Assembly: GCA_963662465.1 (NCBI GenBank)
Contig: OY759599.1
Coordinates: 3,072,001 to 3,136,000 of the forward strand
Source of the DNA: Desulfatiglandales bacterium
GTDB taxonomy: Bacteria > Desulfobacterota > DSM-4660 > Desulfatiglandales > Desulfatiglandaceae
Length of the DNA: 64,000 nt
Direction: 5' to 3'
The stretch's first letter is position 1, and every line of letters starts with the position of its first letter. Below are positions 39,570 through 49,428 of this stretch, piece by piece. Under the pieces are notes generated by a model. That model saw only the letters and a list, made by a program, of their open reading frames with translations. It was not told where the DNA came from and ran no database searches. Both the position numbers and the translations under genes were made by a program.

Positions 39570-42305
39570 CTAATCCAGAACCTCTTTTAAAACACGCTCA
39601 AGATCTTTCATTTGATAAGGCTTGGCCATGGCGCCGCAAAAACCGTGTTCCGCACAATGGGCCAGCACCGGGTCATTGAAATAGCCGCTGCATACAATAG
39701 CCTTTACGTCCGGCGCGATCTTGATCAGTTCCTTGATGGCCTGATCACCGCCCATGCCGCCCTTGATGGTGAGATCCAGAATGACGGCGTCAAAGGGCGC
39801 CCCTCCCTCCATGTGCTTCTTATAAGTTTCAATGGCTTCCACACCGTCCTTTACGGTCTCTGCTTCATACCCCAGCCATTCCAACATCTTCAGCGTCAGG
39901 GTTCGCAGGCTTTCCTCATCGTCCATCACAAGGATTCTTTGGATTGTTGATTGGTGATTGGTGATTGGCGATTGGGCTTTAACATCATCACGCTCGGCAC
40001 GCCACACTCCGCCTTCCGAGGCAGGCAGGTAGATGGTTACGGTTGTTCCCACACCGATTGTTGAATTTATCATGATACGGCCACCATGTTTTTGAACAAC
40101 CGCGTAGGCAGTGGTCAGACCCAGTCCCATTCCCTTCTGAGGCCCTCTTTCCTTTGTGGAAAAATAGGGATCAAAGATTTGGTCCAGGTGTTCTTCCGGA
40201 ATCCCTTTCCCCTCATCTTTGATGGAGATCCTCACATATTTCCCTTCCTTGAGAGGCGATGCTGTCCCTTGGCCTTTCGCCTCAATAACCTGGTTTTCTG
40301 CCTGAACCGTAATCTTCCCGCCCCGGGGCATGGCCTCCACGGCGTTTATCAGGACATTTTTTATGGCGAAATGCATCTGTCTTGAATCATATTCCACCGG
40401 CCAGAGATCATCCTGGATGAAAAAACCATATTCGATGCTTTCATGGGCCGGCATCTCTCCCTGGATCGCCTTTAGCAGACGCTCGATAGAACCCCTTTCT
40501 TTCATGGGATATCCTCCCCGAGAGAGGATCATGAGTTGATGGGTCAGATCCTTTGCTTTAGAGGATGCCTGTTCCGCCTGCCGCAGGAATTCCACCATGA
40601 GCGAATGCGGTTCCGCTTCCTCCCGGGCCAGGGAGAGGTTCCCCATAATGACGGCGAGCAGATTGTTGTAATCATGGGCGATGCCGCCTGTCAGTGTAGC
40701 GATGGCCTCCATTTTATGGGCCTGCCTGAGTTGCTCCTCCAGGCGCTTGGATTGGGTAATATCAATGAAAACGCCCCGCACGCCAACTGTTTTCCCATTT
40801 TGAACAATGGGCCGGCTCGAAGATCTAATCCAGCGGATTTCCCCGGTCTTGTGGATCAGTCGATATTCGCGAGGTTGAATGTGATCTGATTGAATGCGTT
40901 CCTTCAGCCTCTCCGCCAACGCAGCACGATCATCCGGATGAATGAATGCCATGATATTCTTCCCTATGGCTTCAGATGGCAAATACCCTGTTATGTTCTC
41001 TACAGCCGGGCTGATGTAGGTCACTGTGCCGGCGGTATCCAAAGCAAAGATCGCCTCGTTCATATTTTCCACGAGATCACGATACTTCTCTTCGCTCGCC
41101 TTGAGCGCGGCCTCAGCCTCTTTTTGCTCCGTAATGTCCGTGGCAATGTGAATCACCTTTTCAATGCGACCTTTGTCATCCACCATGGGGGTACAGGAAA
41201 CCAGAAAAACGCCTCCCAAAGCCTCAATCTCCATCTCAACCGTCTCCAGATGACCGGAGGCGATCATTTTTTTAAAGGGACATCCTTCCGGAGGTTCATC
41301 GGTATGGTGGAAGATTTCGTAGCAGCTCTTTCCGATGAGTTCTGCTTCAGACTTTCCCGTCGCTTTTTCCGTAGCCTTGTTGGCATGGGCCAGGCGTTGA
41401 TCGGCATTAAGGATCAGTGTGGGGTGCCCGATGGCCTGAAAGATCCCTTCCCATTCCCGACGGCTCTTTTGAAGCTCGCGCTCAGCCCATTTGCGATCCG
41501 AGATATCCTGAATCATGACCTGCCATAGGGATTGGCCTGCAATCTTGATGGTTCGCATGCTGAGCAGGGCATCGAAAGGGGTCCCATCTTTTCGCTTGAG
41601 CTTGACTTCCAATTCCTTCACGAAACCGTTTTTCAAAAGCGCAGCAGTGACCTTTTCCCTGTCTTCCGGATGATCGTAATATGCGCTTGTGTTTCCGATG
41701 GCATCAAGGTCTTCTCGCTTGTAACCGTGCATATCCAACATAGCATCGTTACATTCCAGAACATTTCGCTCTTCATCCAGAATGGAGATGCCTATGAGAG
41801 AATTCTCAAACAGGCCTCGGTATTTTTTTTCACTTTCCCGGACCTCCTGATTGCATTTACTTCGCTCCGCCATTTCCGCTTTCAATTTCCGGTTGAGTTT
41901 GATTAATTCCCGGTTGAAATCCTTCAGTTTCTTTTCGGTTTCATTTTTGTAAAGGGCGATCTCCACGGATGCCCGTATTTCCTCTTCAGTAAAGGGTTTC
42001 ATCACATACCCAAAGGGTTCCACCTGCCTTGCCCTTTCGACGTACTCCGGGTCTCCGTATCCGGTCAGAAATACGATCGCCACATCCAGTTCCAAGCGAA
42101 TCTTCTCCGCGGCTGAAATCCCGTCCATATGTCCCGGCATCACGATATCCATGAGAATGACATCCGGTTTGAGGTCTCGGGCCATTTCAATGGCCTGGTC
42201 CCCCGAATCGGCCTGACCGACCACATCGTAACCCATGGATGTGAGCATGGCCTCAAGTTCCAGCTTCATGGTATAGTCATCGTCTACGAGCATTATTCTT
42301 GGCAT
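39570..42305 (-). CDS. Hybrid histidine kinase (REC, three PAS, HisKA, HATPase, REC)
   Basis: MLVDDD..LMDIVMP, GGIAHDYNN, GMGLGL and LVMDDE..ILDLTI. Confidence 0.92.
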   Translation of the reverse strand: MPRIMLVDDDYTMKLELEAMLTSMGYDVVGQADSGDQAIEMARDLKPDVILMDIVMPGHMDGISAAEKIRLELDVAIVFLTGYGDPEYVERARQVEPFGYVMKPFTEEEIRASVEIALYKNETEKKLKDFNRELIKLNRKLKAEMAERSKCNQEVRESEKKYRGLFENSLIGISILDEERNVLECNDAMLDMHGYKREDLDAIGNTSAYYDHPEDREKVTAALLKNGFVKELEVKLKRKDGTPFDALLSMRTIKIAGQSLWQVMIQDISDRKWAERELQKSRREWEGIFQAIGHPTLILNADQRLAHANKATEKATGKSEAELIGKSCYEIFHHTDEPPEGCPFKKMIASGHLETVEMEIEALGGVFLVSCTPMVDDKGRIEKVIHIATDITEQKEAEAALKASEEKYRDLVENMNEAIFALDTAGTVTYISPAVENITGYLPSEAIGKNIMAFIHPDDRAALAERLKERIQSDHIQPREYRLIHKTGEIRWIRSSSRPIVQNGKTVGVRGVFIDITQSKRLEEQLRQAHKMEAIATLTGGIAHDYNNLLAVIMGNLSLAREEAEPHSLMVEFLRQAEQASSKAKDLTHQLMILSRGGYPMKERGSIERLLKAIQGEMPAHESIEYGFFIQDDLWPVEYDSRQMHFAIKNVLINAVEAMPRGGKITVQAENQVIEAKGQGTASPLKEGKYVRISIKDEGKGIPEEHLDQIFDPYFSTKERGPQKGMGLGLTTAYAVVQKHGGRIMINSTIGVGTTVTIYLPASEGGVWRAERDDVKAQSPITNHQSTIQRILVMDDEESLRTLTLKMLEWLGYEAETVKDGVEAIETYKKHMEGGAPFDAVILDLTIKGGMGGDQAIKELIKIAPDVKAIVCSGYFNDPVLAHCAEHGFCGAMAKPYQMKDLERVLKEVLD

Positions 42306-42520
42306 GGTTTTAACTCCATCATAGTGACGCCGAAGGCAATTATCATCAGCTGCTGACATAAAAATAGCAGGTCTGTTCCCGCTTGGCCACCAATACATTT
42401 CGGCTCAACGCGGATTAACGTGAAAAAATGTTTCGCCACCAAGAAAAACCTCGGTGCATTCGTCATAAAGAATCGTATGTATTCGGAACCCGACGATCCC
42501 ATGGTTATTTTTCCCACGTG

Positions 42521-42791
42521 GTAGGTCAGGGTGCGGCGCGTCCCGTTTTTTCCTCTGACGCTGTTGAATCCCAAATGGGTTGAAATCCATCAAACGACCG
42601 AAAAACCCCAACGCGCCGTTCCCTGACATTCTTACGACCACCCCAACGTCGCCAATGGGATTATCGGTTTATGCCGAATTAATGTCAGGTAATCCCGCGT
42701 GTGGACATGTGGGCTTTTGAACGTTCATGGGGGTTGAAGTGGAAATCGAAATTTCGAGGTAAAAATGTGAACGCGGGACAACCTGACCTAC
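42521..42791. repeat. Large REPIN-like double-hairpin element
   Basis: GTAG-GTCAGG..CCTGAC-ATT, spacer, AAT-GTCAGG..CCTGAC-CTAC. Two 17-bp imperfect stems with loops of about 70 nt. Confidence 0.7.
42635..42679 (+). repeat. 45-bp exact direct repeat, copy 1
   Basis: CGACCACCCCAACGTCGCCAATGGGATTATCGGTTTATGCCGAAT, identical to 57449-57493. Confidence 0.9.
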
Positions 42792-42829
42792 GGACTATAC
42801 AACTTTTCCCCTCCGGGAATGTTTTCACG

Positions 42830-42955
42830 TCAATCCGCTCTGACGCCGTTGTTCAAATTGATGGCACAATTTCGCGCACTCAAATGTTCATTCTTGATCC
42901 AGCTTCTGGATTTACCCTTCATGTGTTTCTTCTGAGCGATGCGAAATAACTTCAT
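42830..42955 (-). pseudogene. Remnant of a RES-domain toxin gene
   Basis: ATG directly after the antitoxin stop. MKLFRIAQKKH resembles a RES N-terminus, then the ORF ends at 41 aa. Confidence 0.55.
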
Positions 42956-43387
42956 TTATGAGTATACGCCATACTCAATCCGGCCCAGTTCATCAAAAAT
43001 CATTTCAGTCCCAAATCGCGAACCAAGCAGGCTGAACGGGGTATGATAGGAAAGACCCGCACAAGGCTGATTCAGCCACAACAAAAATTTTTCTCTGCTG
43101 CCAAAGACGTCTGATCCCCTGGCAATGAGTTCCGCTATTTTCAAAACCTGCTCCGAAACAGCCAGATTCAGATGTTGCTTCGCCGTAAACCTTCGGAGTG
43201 TTCGCTCGGTTACCGGCAGCAGAGCGGCAATCTGCTTCCATGAGAGCGACAAATGTTTCGCAAGGTTTGCCACGGCGGTTTTCGAAATCCCCTGATAGCT
43301 CAACTCAACAACATCGAGCCTGTCTTCAAGGCGCTTCCCAATCACCTCTTCCCCACCTAACAACTCGGTCATTTCCTGTAACGCCAT
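42956..43387 (-). CDS. Xre/MbcA/ParS antitoxin (DUF2384)
   Basis: HTH LPVTERTLRR, VFGSRE...WLNQP and LGRIEYGVYS. Confidence 0.9.
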   Translation of the reverse strand: MALQEMTELLGGEEVIGKRLEDRLDVVELSYQGISKTAVANLAKHLSLSWKQIAALLPVTERTLRRFTAKQHLNLAVSEQVLKIAELIARGSDVFGSREKFLLWLNQPCAGLSYHTPFSLLGSRFGTEMIFDELGRIEYGVYS

Positions 43388-43611
43388 TCTTTTGTCCTTA
43401 ATCAAAGGGAGATGTCATTTTTCATTTATCGTAACGACAAAACCGCACAAAGTCAATCCCGGGATCAACTGTGAACAGTCAGATTTTTTCGGACCACATC
43501 CGATAAAATGAGTGTTACCAATAGTTTGAAGAAACAGGGGGACGCTCTGCGTCCCTTTTCCTTTGACATTCCAGTTTTGTTGAAGCATTTTGGAAAGGAT
43601 AATACGAACTG

Positions 43612-43800
43612 ATTCCAGCTATAGCCCCAAAATCAACCCCTGAGATAATGGAATACTTGGGCTTAAGTCATCGAAGACATTTCAGAATGGAAATATTTGA
43701 TCCCTTGTTGGACGCAGGCCTTTTGCAACCCACCATCCCCGACAAGCCCAAGAGCCCCAAACAGAAATATGTAACATCAAAGAAGGACACTCATGCTTAA
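43612..43800 (+). pseudogene. Orphan Fic-like/RecG-like C-terminal winged-helix fragment
   Basis: PKSTPEIMEYLGLSHRRHFR..PLLDAGLLQPTIPDKPKSPKQKY, with an in-frame stop just upstream. Confidence 0.65.
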
Positions 43801-43821
43801 ACCCCTTTATATGGAATTGTA

Positions 43822-44697
43822 ATGCAAAAATTGCGTAAAAAAATATCTGCTGGAATTCTGTTCCTGACCGCAACCCTCATATTCGGAGGCATTCTACCCT
43901 CCCATGCCGCCGACTTGCAGCGGTTCTCCCATGCGAAACTGGTGGATAATCCGGCAAATGACGGCGACAGCTTCTATTTGGAATCCGATGGAAAATCTTT
44001 CCATGTCAGGCTTTATTTTGTCGACTGTCCTGAAACTTCTACCGGATCTAAGAGTGACGCACGAAGGGTACGGGAGCAAACACGATATTTTGGATTATCC
44101 CACGCCGTACGCACACTTCATTTCGGCAATGAAGCAAAGATCTTTGTTGAACGTACCTTAACCAAACCTTTCACTGTTCATACCGCCTTTGCAAGTGCTC
44201 TGGGAAGATCGGCCAAAGGCCGTGTATACGGATTCATCATCACATCCGGCGGAGACGACCTGGCGGTTCTACTGGTTAAAAACGGCATGGCCCGTACTTA
44301 TGGCATCGGCAGGGAAACGCCCTATGGCATACGAAAAGATGAAATGACGGCAAGACTTCGCGACCTGGAAACTTCAGCCATGTTGAAACATATCGGCATT
44401 TGGTCGGAAAGTGATCCGGAAAAGATTGCGGATCTCCGCGCAACACAACGAAGGGAGGACCAGGAATTAAAGGACTTACAAAGTCAGGTAAAAAAAGAGT
44501 TATTTTCAAATGGCGTAATTGATCTCAACACTGCCGGCAAAGAAAAACTGATGGGCATCAATGGAATCGGTCCAACGTTTGCCGACCGAATTATAGCCGG
44601 ACGTCCCTATAAGACTGTAGATGATTTGCTCAAAGTGAAAGGAGTTGGTTCAAAAAAACTTGAAAAAATCCGTCCCTACGTTTCTGTAAGTCACTAA
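43822..44697 (+). CDS. Secreted thermonuclease-like protein with a ComEA-type HhH domain
   Basis: Signal peptide, DGDSF, VRLYFVDCPE, LVKNGMAR, then IDLNTA..GIGP..VKGVG. Confidence 0.85.
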   Translation: MQKLRKKISAGILFLTATLIFGGILPSHAADLQRFSHAKLVDNPANDGDSFYLESDGKSFHVRLYFVDCPETSTGSKSDARRVREQTRYFGLSHAVRTLHFGNEAKIFVERTLTKPFTVHTAFASALGRSAKGRVYGFIITSGGDDLAVLLVKNGMARTYGIGRETPYGIRKDEMTARLRDLETSAMLKHIGIWSESDPEKIADLRATQRREDQELKDLQSQVKKELFSNGVIDLNTAGKEKLMGINGIGPTFADRIIAGRPYKTVDDLLKVKGVGSKKLEKIRPYVSVSH

Positions 44698-45026
44698 TCT
44701 AAAAATTCACCAATAATGCTGTATTTTAACTTAATTTTATGAATAAGACGATCATAGCGCCGCATCCTGATGATGGCACGGGCAATCAAATAAGTGCCAA
44801 AAACAATCAAAGCAAAACTGAATATTCCCAATGGCACCAGAAAATTTAATACATGAAGGATATTATAATATTTTGAAGTGGCGATCAGAACACTCGTAAC
44901 CGACATGGGTAATGCCAACATCGCTATGCCTGTCCGCATCACGGATAAAGAGGTGCGCTTTTCCGCTAAAAGCAATTGCGCCTCATTGATCACAATTGAA
45001 CTAAATTCATTTTTCACATCGTCCAA
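44694..45026 (-). CDS. DUF202/YidH-like membrane protein
   Basis: LAEKRTSLSVMRTG followed by two transmembrane helices. Confidence 0.75.
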   Translation of the reverse strand: MDDVKNEFSSIVINEAQLLLAEKRTSLSVMRTGIAMLALPMSVTSVLIATSKYYNILHVLNFLVPLGIFSFALIVFGTYLIARAIIRMRRYDRLIHKIKLKYSIIGEFLD

Positions 45027-45072
45027 ATCTCTTCCCTTCCTTGGAAAAGGGGATCAGAAACCAAGCATCCCA

Positions 45073-45234
45073 TCACGATAGATAATCACGGTATATACGC
45101 AAGCCTACGTAGACGCCCAGCATGCTGCCGAGAATGCTCACCATGTATGCAGTCATAAAGCCAATTTTGGCGCCGATCCACCAGCCGATCCACCCGAATA
45201 CGGTTATGCCGATAATAATGCAAAGTTTTTTCAT
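45073..45234 (-). CDS. Small two-helix membrane protein
   Basis: 53-aa Gly-rich hydrophobic ORF beginning MKKLCIIIGITVFGWIGWWIG. Confidence 0.65.
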   Translation of the reverse strand: MKKLCIIIGITVFGWIGWWIGAKIGFMTAYMVSILGSMLGVYVGLRIYRDYLS

Positions 45235-45393
45235 GAGCGTCTTGTTTGGGTCTTGTGTAACCGGGATACTACCCGAATTTAGTGCCTGAACCAAAACCTC
45301 TAAATATAGTTTCCCAATTTTTGTTAGAGATTTAAAACTAGATGATATAGCTTCGTTCTTTTTGCTTAAAACTTAAAACTTAAAACCTAAAAC

Positions 45394-48057
45394 TTAAAAA
45401 CCCTTCACCCTCACCTCCCGAAACATATTGGCATGGTGTACGGACTCTTCCACCGCTTCGGTATGACACACAAAGCAGGACCGGTTAGCGCCGATGGCAT
45501 AAGGGTTTTTCTGATACTGCATGGGCTGAATGGCATCGCGATAGACGTCAAAGGGGTTTCTTGCCGGATAAATGGCATGGGTCGATCCATGGCAGGAGAT
45601 ACAACGCATTGCGTCCGCTTCGTCGCTTTTCATGCGGAAAAGATCTCCCGGAGCGGCATTCCAGTGGTTGACGGCCGAGGGGTTGGAAGCCGGTTTTTCA
45701 AAATTTTTGTGGCAGGCCAGACACTCCGGTTCCTGGAGCCACGGCACGCGGGGCTTCGCGGCTTCAAGGCACTGCGGCGGTAATGGCGCCATGAGGGCTT
45801 TGGCACGGGGTTTATCCGCTTCCCCCTTCAACAGGGATGCCGCCATATCATCCAGGGTTCCGTGGCAATCGCTGCAGACCGTCCGCTTCTCCCCGCCCCC
45901 GTGGACCCCACGCAGGCACCTGGTGACCCCACTGTAGGAAATGGGATGGCAGTACATGCAGGCTTCATTCCCCATTCCGGACATGTAGCCGGTGTGCCAG
46001 CCATGCATGGCCGCCGAGAAATTGAGTACCCCGTCGGCGCCTTTGGCCCCCAGGGCCGGGTCCCCGTGGCAACTCTGACAAAGCCTGGGCCTTCCGGCCG
46101 AGGCATCTTTTAAGAGCGTCGTGCCTTGAATGCGGTCGTGAATAGCCAGGATATTTTTCGCGGTCTTTTCCGAAATGCCGGACCCCAGCTTTCGGGGTCC
46201 TCCGCCGTGGCACCGGTAGCAATCAGCCTCCGTGGAGACAGGCGCCGTCACCCGGGTGGTCTGAAGAATTGCCCCGGTATCTTTCCGGAGGGCCTGTACC
46301 GTAAAGGTGGGGTAGGGATTAAAGGCCTTGCCGTTATCCCGGTAGGGCGCCACGGGAATCCACTTGGCCTGAAAGACGTTCCGGCCTTCCAAAAGCTTGA
46401 AAACGCCGCCAAGGCCCATGCCGACAAGCCCTACGTTCTTCTCAAGCCGAGTCCCATACACGGATTTGCTGAACGCCCAGAATGGAACCTGAGAAGCGGG
46501 ATTCCGATGCCCCGCTTCCACCTGGTAGGTGATCTCGATGCCCCGGGTCAGGATCTCCGGGGGAGCGCCGCGTTTGACCAGCTGCGCTTCCAGGGTATTG
46601 GCCGGGGGCAGGAAGGAGAAGGCCTCGTCGCAGTCCGAGGTGCAATGCATTCCCAGGTCGTTCCACGCCAGGAGGACATATTCGTCCTTTTGGGGATCGA
46701 AGGGGGGGATCTTTACGGGGACCATGTCGTGTCCGGGCTCCCAGCCCACGGGTTGAAAAGGTTTTTCTTCCGCTTTCCGCCCCAAAATATCCGTGGTAAT
46801 GTAGGCTGCCAGGGCCTCTTTTTCCGCTTTTGTCCCCACAAAGGGAGGCATGTAAGGGAGCAGTTTCCCCTGACCGGTAATCTGGGCAATGAGGCCCCGG
46901 TAGGTATAGTTTTCCACCAGGGGGACGATGTCGTTTCGGATGCCCCGAACGGTGTGGCAACTCAAACACTCCAGACGAAAAATTTCATGCCCCGCCAATA
47001 ACCTGTTTTCCGGAGAAATCTTACGAACGGCCGCCCACCGGGCATGGGTCAGAAGACCCTCCCGATCGAGTTTTTCCACCTCGGACACGGGAATGGAATT
47101 GGAATAGAGGTAGTCCACGATCAAAAAAGGCCTTCGGGCATTTTCCCGACTGTACTCAAAACTCCCGATCCAGAAGATCCCCACGGGAACCAGAAGAAAA
47201 GCGGCGGCCTTCTGCAAGGACCTTGCTTTCATAACGCTCAGCACAATGCCCAACAGAAATATCACCAGGGTCATGACCAGAAGGGTATCCAGAAATGCGG
47301 GCATGGCCCGGTTCATGGCAACCGCAGCCCGGGTGCCGAGGGGCAGGTCCCGCATATACCACAGGGCCGCGGGGACGAGGCCCACAAGGGGGAGAAGCAA
47401 CCACTTGGTGCAGTAGCGAAGCAAGGTTTGGCGCAGATGCCGATCCTCGAGGAAAACGGTGGTCAGACAGCCGAAAAGCCCCGCCAGGGTGAAGGCCATG
47501 AAGGACCTGAAAAAGAGAGACGGCCAGAAGGTGGGATTGAAGAAACCATCCCAGAAATCCCGGGTTTGAAGCCAGGCCCCGGGTGTGAGCATGAAATCGA
47601 TGATCCCGGTGATCGCAAACAGACTCAGCCATGCAAAGAGGAAATAGAAAAAGCTGATCCGCAGACGGAATTTGCGGCTCAGGGTGTCAAAATGATAATA
47701 GTAGAGCAAAAGAGCCGCGATTTCCCCCAGAAAGAAAACCCACTCGGTGGCCCACCCGAAGACAAAGTTGTGAATCAGAATGGCCGTGGCCGCGGGGCTC
47801 ACCAGGGCGATAATGAACCAGATCCCCACGCCCGTGACGGCGCCGAAGACCATGGTGAGCAGGAGGAAAAATCGAAGATATTTTTTCAGATAGCCGTGAA
47901 TGGCGGGATTTTCTTCTCGGTATCCCTTGATATCGGTCAGCCACAGAAAGAGCCCTCCCCCTACGGCCATGTGCGCCACAAAGACGTGAAGGACGGCGAT
48001 CAGGGCGATCAGGGTGGGGCCGCCGATTCGAAGGGTTTCCCAGATGGGGTAGTTCAT
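45394..48057 (-). CDS. Cytochrome bd subunit I-like membrane domain fused to an octaheme cytochrome c
   Basis: N-terminal multi-TM domain with HVFVAH, GAVTGVGIW and WATEWVFF. Eight CxxCH motifs (CLSCH, CYRCH, CQSCH, CMYCH, CSDCH, CLACH, CISCH, CFVCH). Confidence 0.85.
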   Translation of the reverse strand: MNYPIWETLRIGGPTLIALIAVLHVFVAHMAVGGGLFLWLTDIKGYREENPAIHGYLKKYLRFFLLLTMVFGAVTGVGIWFIIALVSPAATAILIHNFVFGWATEWVFFLGEIAALLLYYYHFDTLSRKFRLRISFFYFLFAWLSLFAITGIIDFMLTPGAWLQTRDFWDGFFNPTFWPSLFFRSFMAFTLAGLFGCLTTVFLEDRHLRQTLLRYCTKWLLLPLVGLVPAALWYMRDLPLGTRAAVAMNRAMPAFLDTLLVMTLVIFLLGIVLSVMKARSLQKAAAFLLVPVGIFWIGSFEYSRENARRPFLIVDYLYSNSIPVSEVEKLDREGLLTHARWAAVRKISPENRLLAGHEIFRLECLSCHTVRGIRNDIVPLVENYTYRGLIAQITGQGKLLPYMPPFVGTKAEKEALAAYITTDILGRKAEEKPFQPVGWEPGHDMVPVKIPPFDPQKDEYVLLAWNDLGMHCTSDCDEAFSFLPPANTLEAQLVKRGAPPEILTRGIEITYQVEAGHRNPASQVPFWAFSKSVYGTRLEKNVGLVGMGLGGVFKLLEGRNVFQAKWIPVAPYRDNGKAFNPYPTFTVQALRKDTGAILQTTRVTAPVSTEADCYRCHGGGPRKLGSGISEKTAKNILAIHDRIQGTTLLKDASAGRPRLCQSCHGDPALGAKGADGVLNFSAAMHGWHTGYMSGMGNEACMYCHPISYSGVTRCLRGVHGGGEKRTVCSDCHGTLDDMAASLLKGEADKPRAKALMAPLPPQCLEAAKPRVPWLQEPECLACHKNFEKPASNPSAVNHWNAAPGDLFRMKSDEADAMRCISCHGSTHAIYPARNPFDVYRDAIQPMQYQKNPYAIGANRSCFVCHTEAVEESVHHANMFREVRVKGF

Positions 48058-48101
48058 GTGGCATCCTTTCCTTCAGAGAGAGTTTTTCCCGGGGGTAAAA
48101 G

Positions 48102-49166
48102 CTATAGGCTATTGCCTATCCCCCATCTCAGCATTCGCCAAATGACAAACAGGCCCATGGCGAAAATCAGCAGGAAAACGGTCAGAGCCGATGCCTGCGG
48201 GGAGACGGCCAGGTCCTCCACCCGGAAGACCCGCTCCAGATAAGCGTAGCGCAAAAGGGTTCTCATCAAAACCATCACCACCACGGTGGAAAGCAACAAC
48301 CCGAGGGTCAACCGGAGTTTCCCGTTAAAAGCGCTCAAAATTGACCCGAGGGCGAGTGCGACCCCCAGGAGCAGCACGGCGGCATACAGGGGGTTGCCTC
48401 CCATGAAAAGCTTCAGCACCCCTTCCGGGAGCGCCATGAGAAACCAGAATCCAATAAAAACCTGTACCGTTGTGGCGTAGGCGAAGATCTTCAAACCATG
48501 ATCCCCCATCAAGGAAGATGCCGTCTTTTCCCCTCCGGATCGGCGAATGCCGTGGACCAGGGCGCCAAAGAGGCCCGCTACCGCCACCGAGGCCGTTATA
48601 AAGTGCAGGTAACGGGGCCAGAGGGCAGGGTCCCCCAAGGCCAGATGCCTGCCCCCGGCGCTCTCAAAATAGACCCCCCAGCTCCCTGGCCGCAGCATGA
48701 AGCTGATATTGTTTTCAAAGGCGAATGCGATGTAGAGCAGCGCCGCGGCGGTAATGGTGAGCGCAACGGTACGGATGCGCTCCCTGCCCCCGCCGGCATG
48801 GACGTAAGCGCCATAATACCCCAGAATGAGAACCGGGATTACCAGAATCCAGAAAACGGCCATCAGAATGGAACCGGTATAGAAAAAGTGCCCGTAGAGA
48901 ACCTGAAAAAAGAGCAATGGCGCCACCCCCAGGTTAATGGCAAGGGCCAGGGTGGTGGGGAGTTTCTTGCGGAAAAGGCCCGAAAACATCGGCTCCGGTC
49001 CGGAAAAAGGCGCTCTCACCCGTGAAAACAAGACAATCAGGGCACCCCCCAGGGCGACGTTTACAAAGAGAAAATGGGACAGAAGCGTAAGAACCCCCAA
49101 GCATTCGAGAAACCACCAGGGGGCTGGGATCAATTCGGCATAGGGTATCAGTCGGGCGGGATCCAT
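48102..49166 (-). CDS. Multi-pass membrane partner subunit (cytochrome b-like)
   Basis: SHFLFVN, NLGVAPLLF.QVLYG and PRYLHF. Directly upstream of the cytochrome gene. Confidence 0.75.
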   Translation of the reverse strand: MDPARLIPYAELIPAPWWFLECLGVLTLLSHFLFVNVALGGALIVLFSRVRAPFSGPEPMFSGLFRKKLPTTLALAINLGVAPLLFFQVLYGHFFYTGSILMAVFWILVIPVLILGYYGAYVHAGGGRERIRTVALTITAAALLYIAFAFENNISFMLRPGSWGVYFESAGGRHLALGDPALWPRYLHFITASVAVAGLFGALVHGIRRSGGEKTASSLMGDHGLKIFAYATTVQVFIGFWFLMALPEGVLKLFMGGNPLYAAVLLLGVALALGSILSAFNGKLRLTLGLLLSTVVVMVLMRTLLRYAYLERVFRVEDLAVSPQASALTVFLLIFAMGLFVIWRMLRWGIGNSL

Positions 49167-49202
49167 GGTTCTCCTTCTCGGATTTGGCCTTTGAACCAAT
49201 CA

Positions 49203-49225
49203 GGGCGAAATATTTCCGCCCCTAC
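49203..49225 (-). repeat. Single GTAG REP-like hairpin
   Basis: GGGCGAAATATTTCCGCCCCTAC. Confidence 0.55.
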
Positions 49226-49428
49226 GTTTGTATACTGCCCCATATTGGGGAGGGTCAACAAAAATCGGGGAAATTTTTCTCCCAAATAGACACAATTCTA
49301 AATGCGTTTCAGAAGTGTTGAAAATATCTCCCGATATGGTATGCTACATGAGTTAAATGGGGATACAGGAATAAAAGGCCTATTGAAAATCAACACCGTC
49401 CGGCGCAACGGTACGGGGGAGGTTATGG

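Noticed and set aside
46126..48243. Long antisense ORFs (also 1151-2059, 2569-3555, 51749-52888, 54647-55555)
   Set aside because: They are shadow frames of GC-rich genes with clear family motifs on the other strand.
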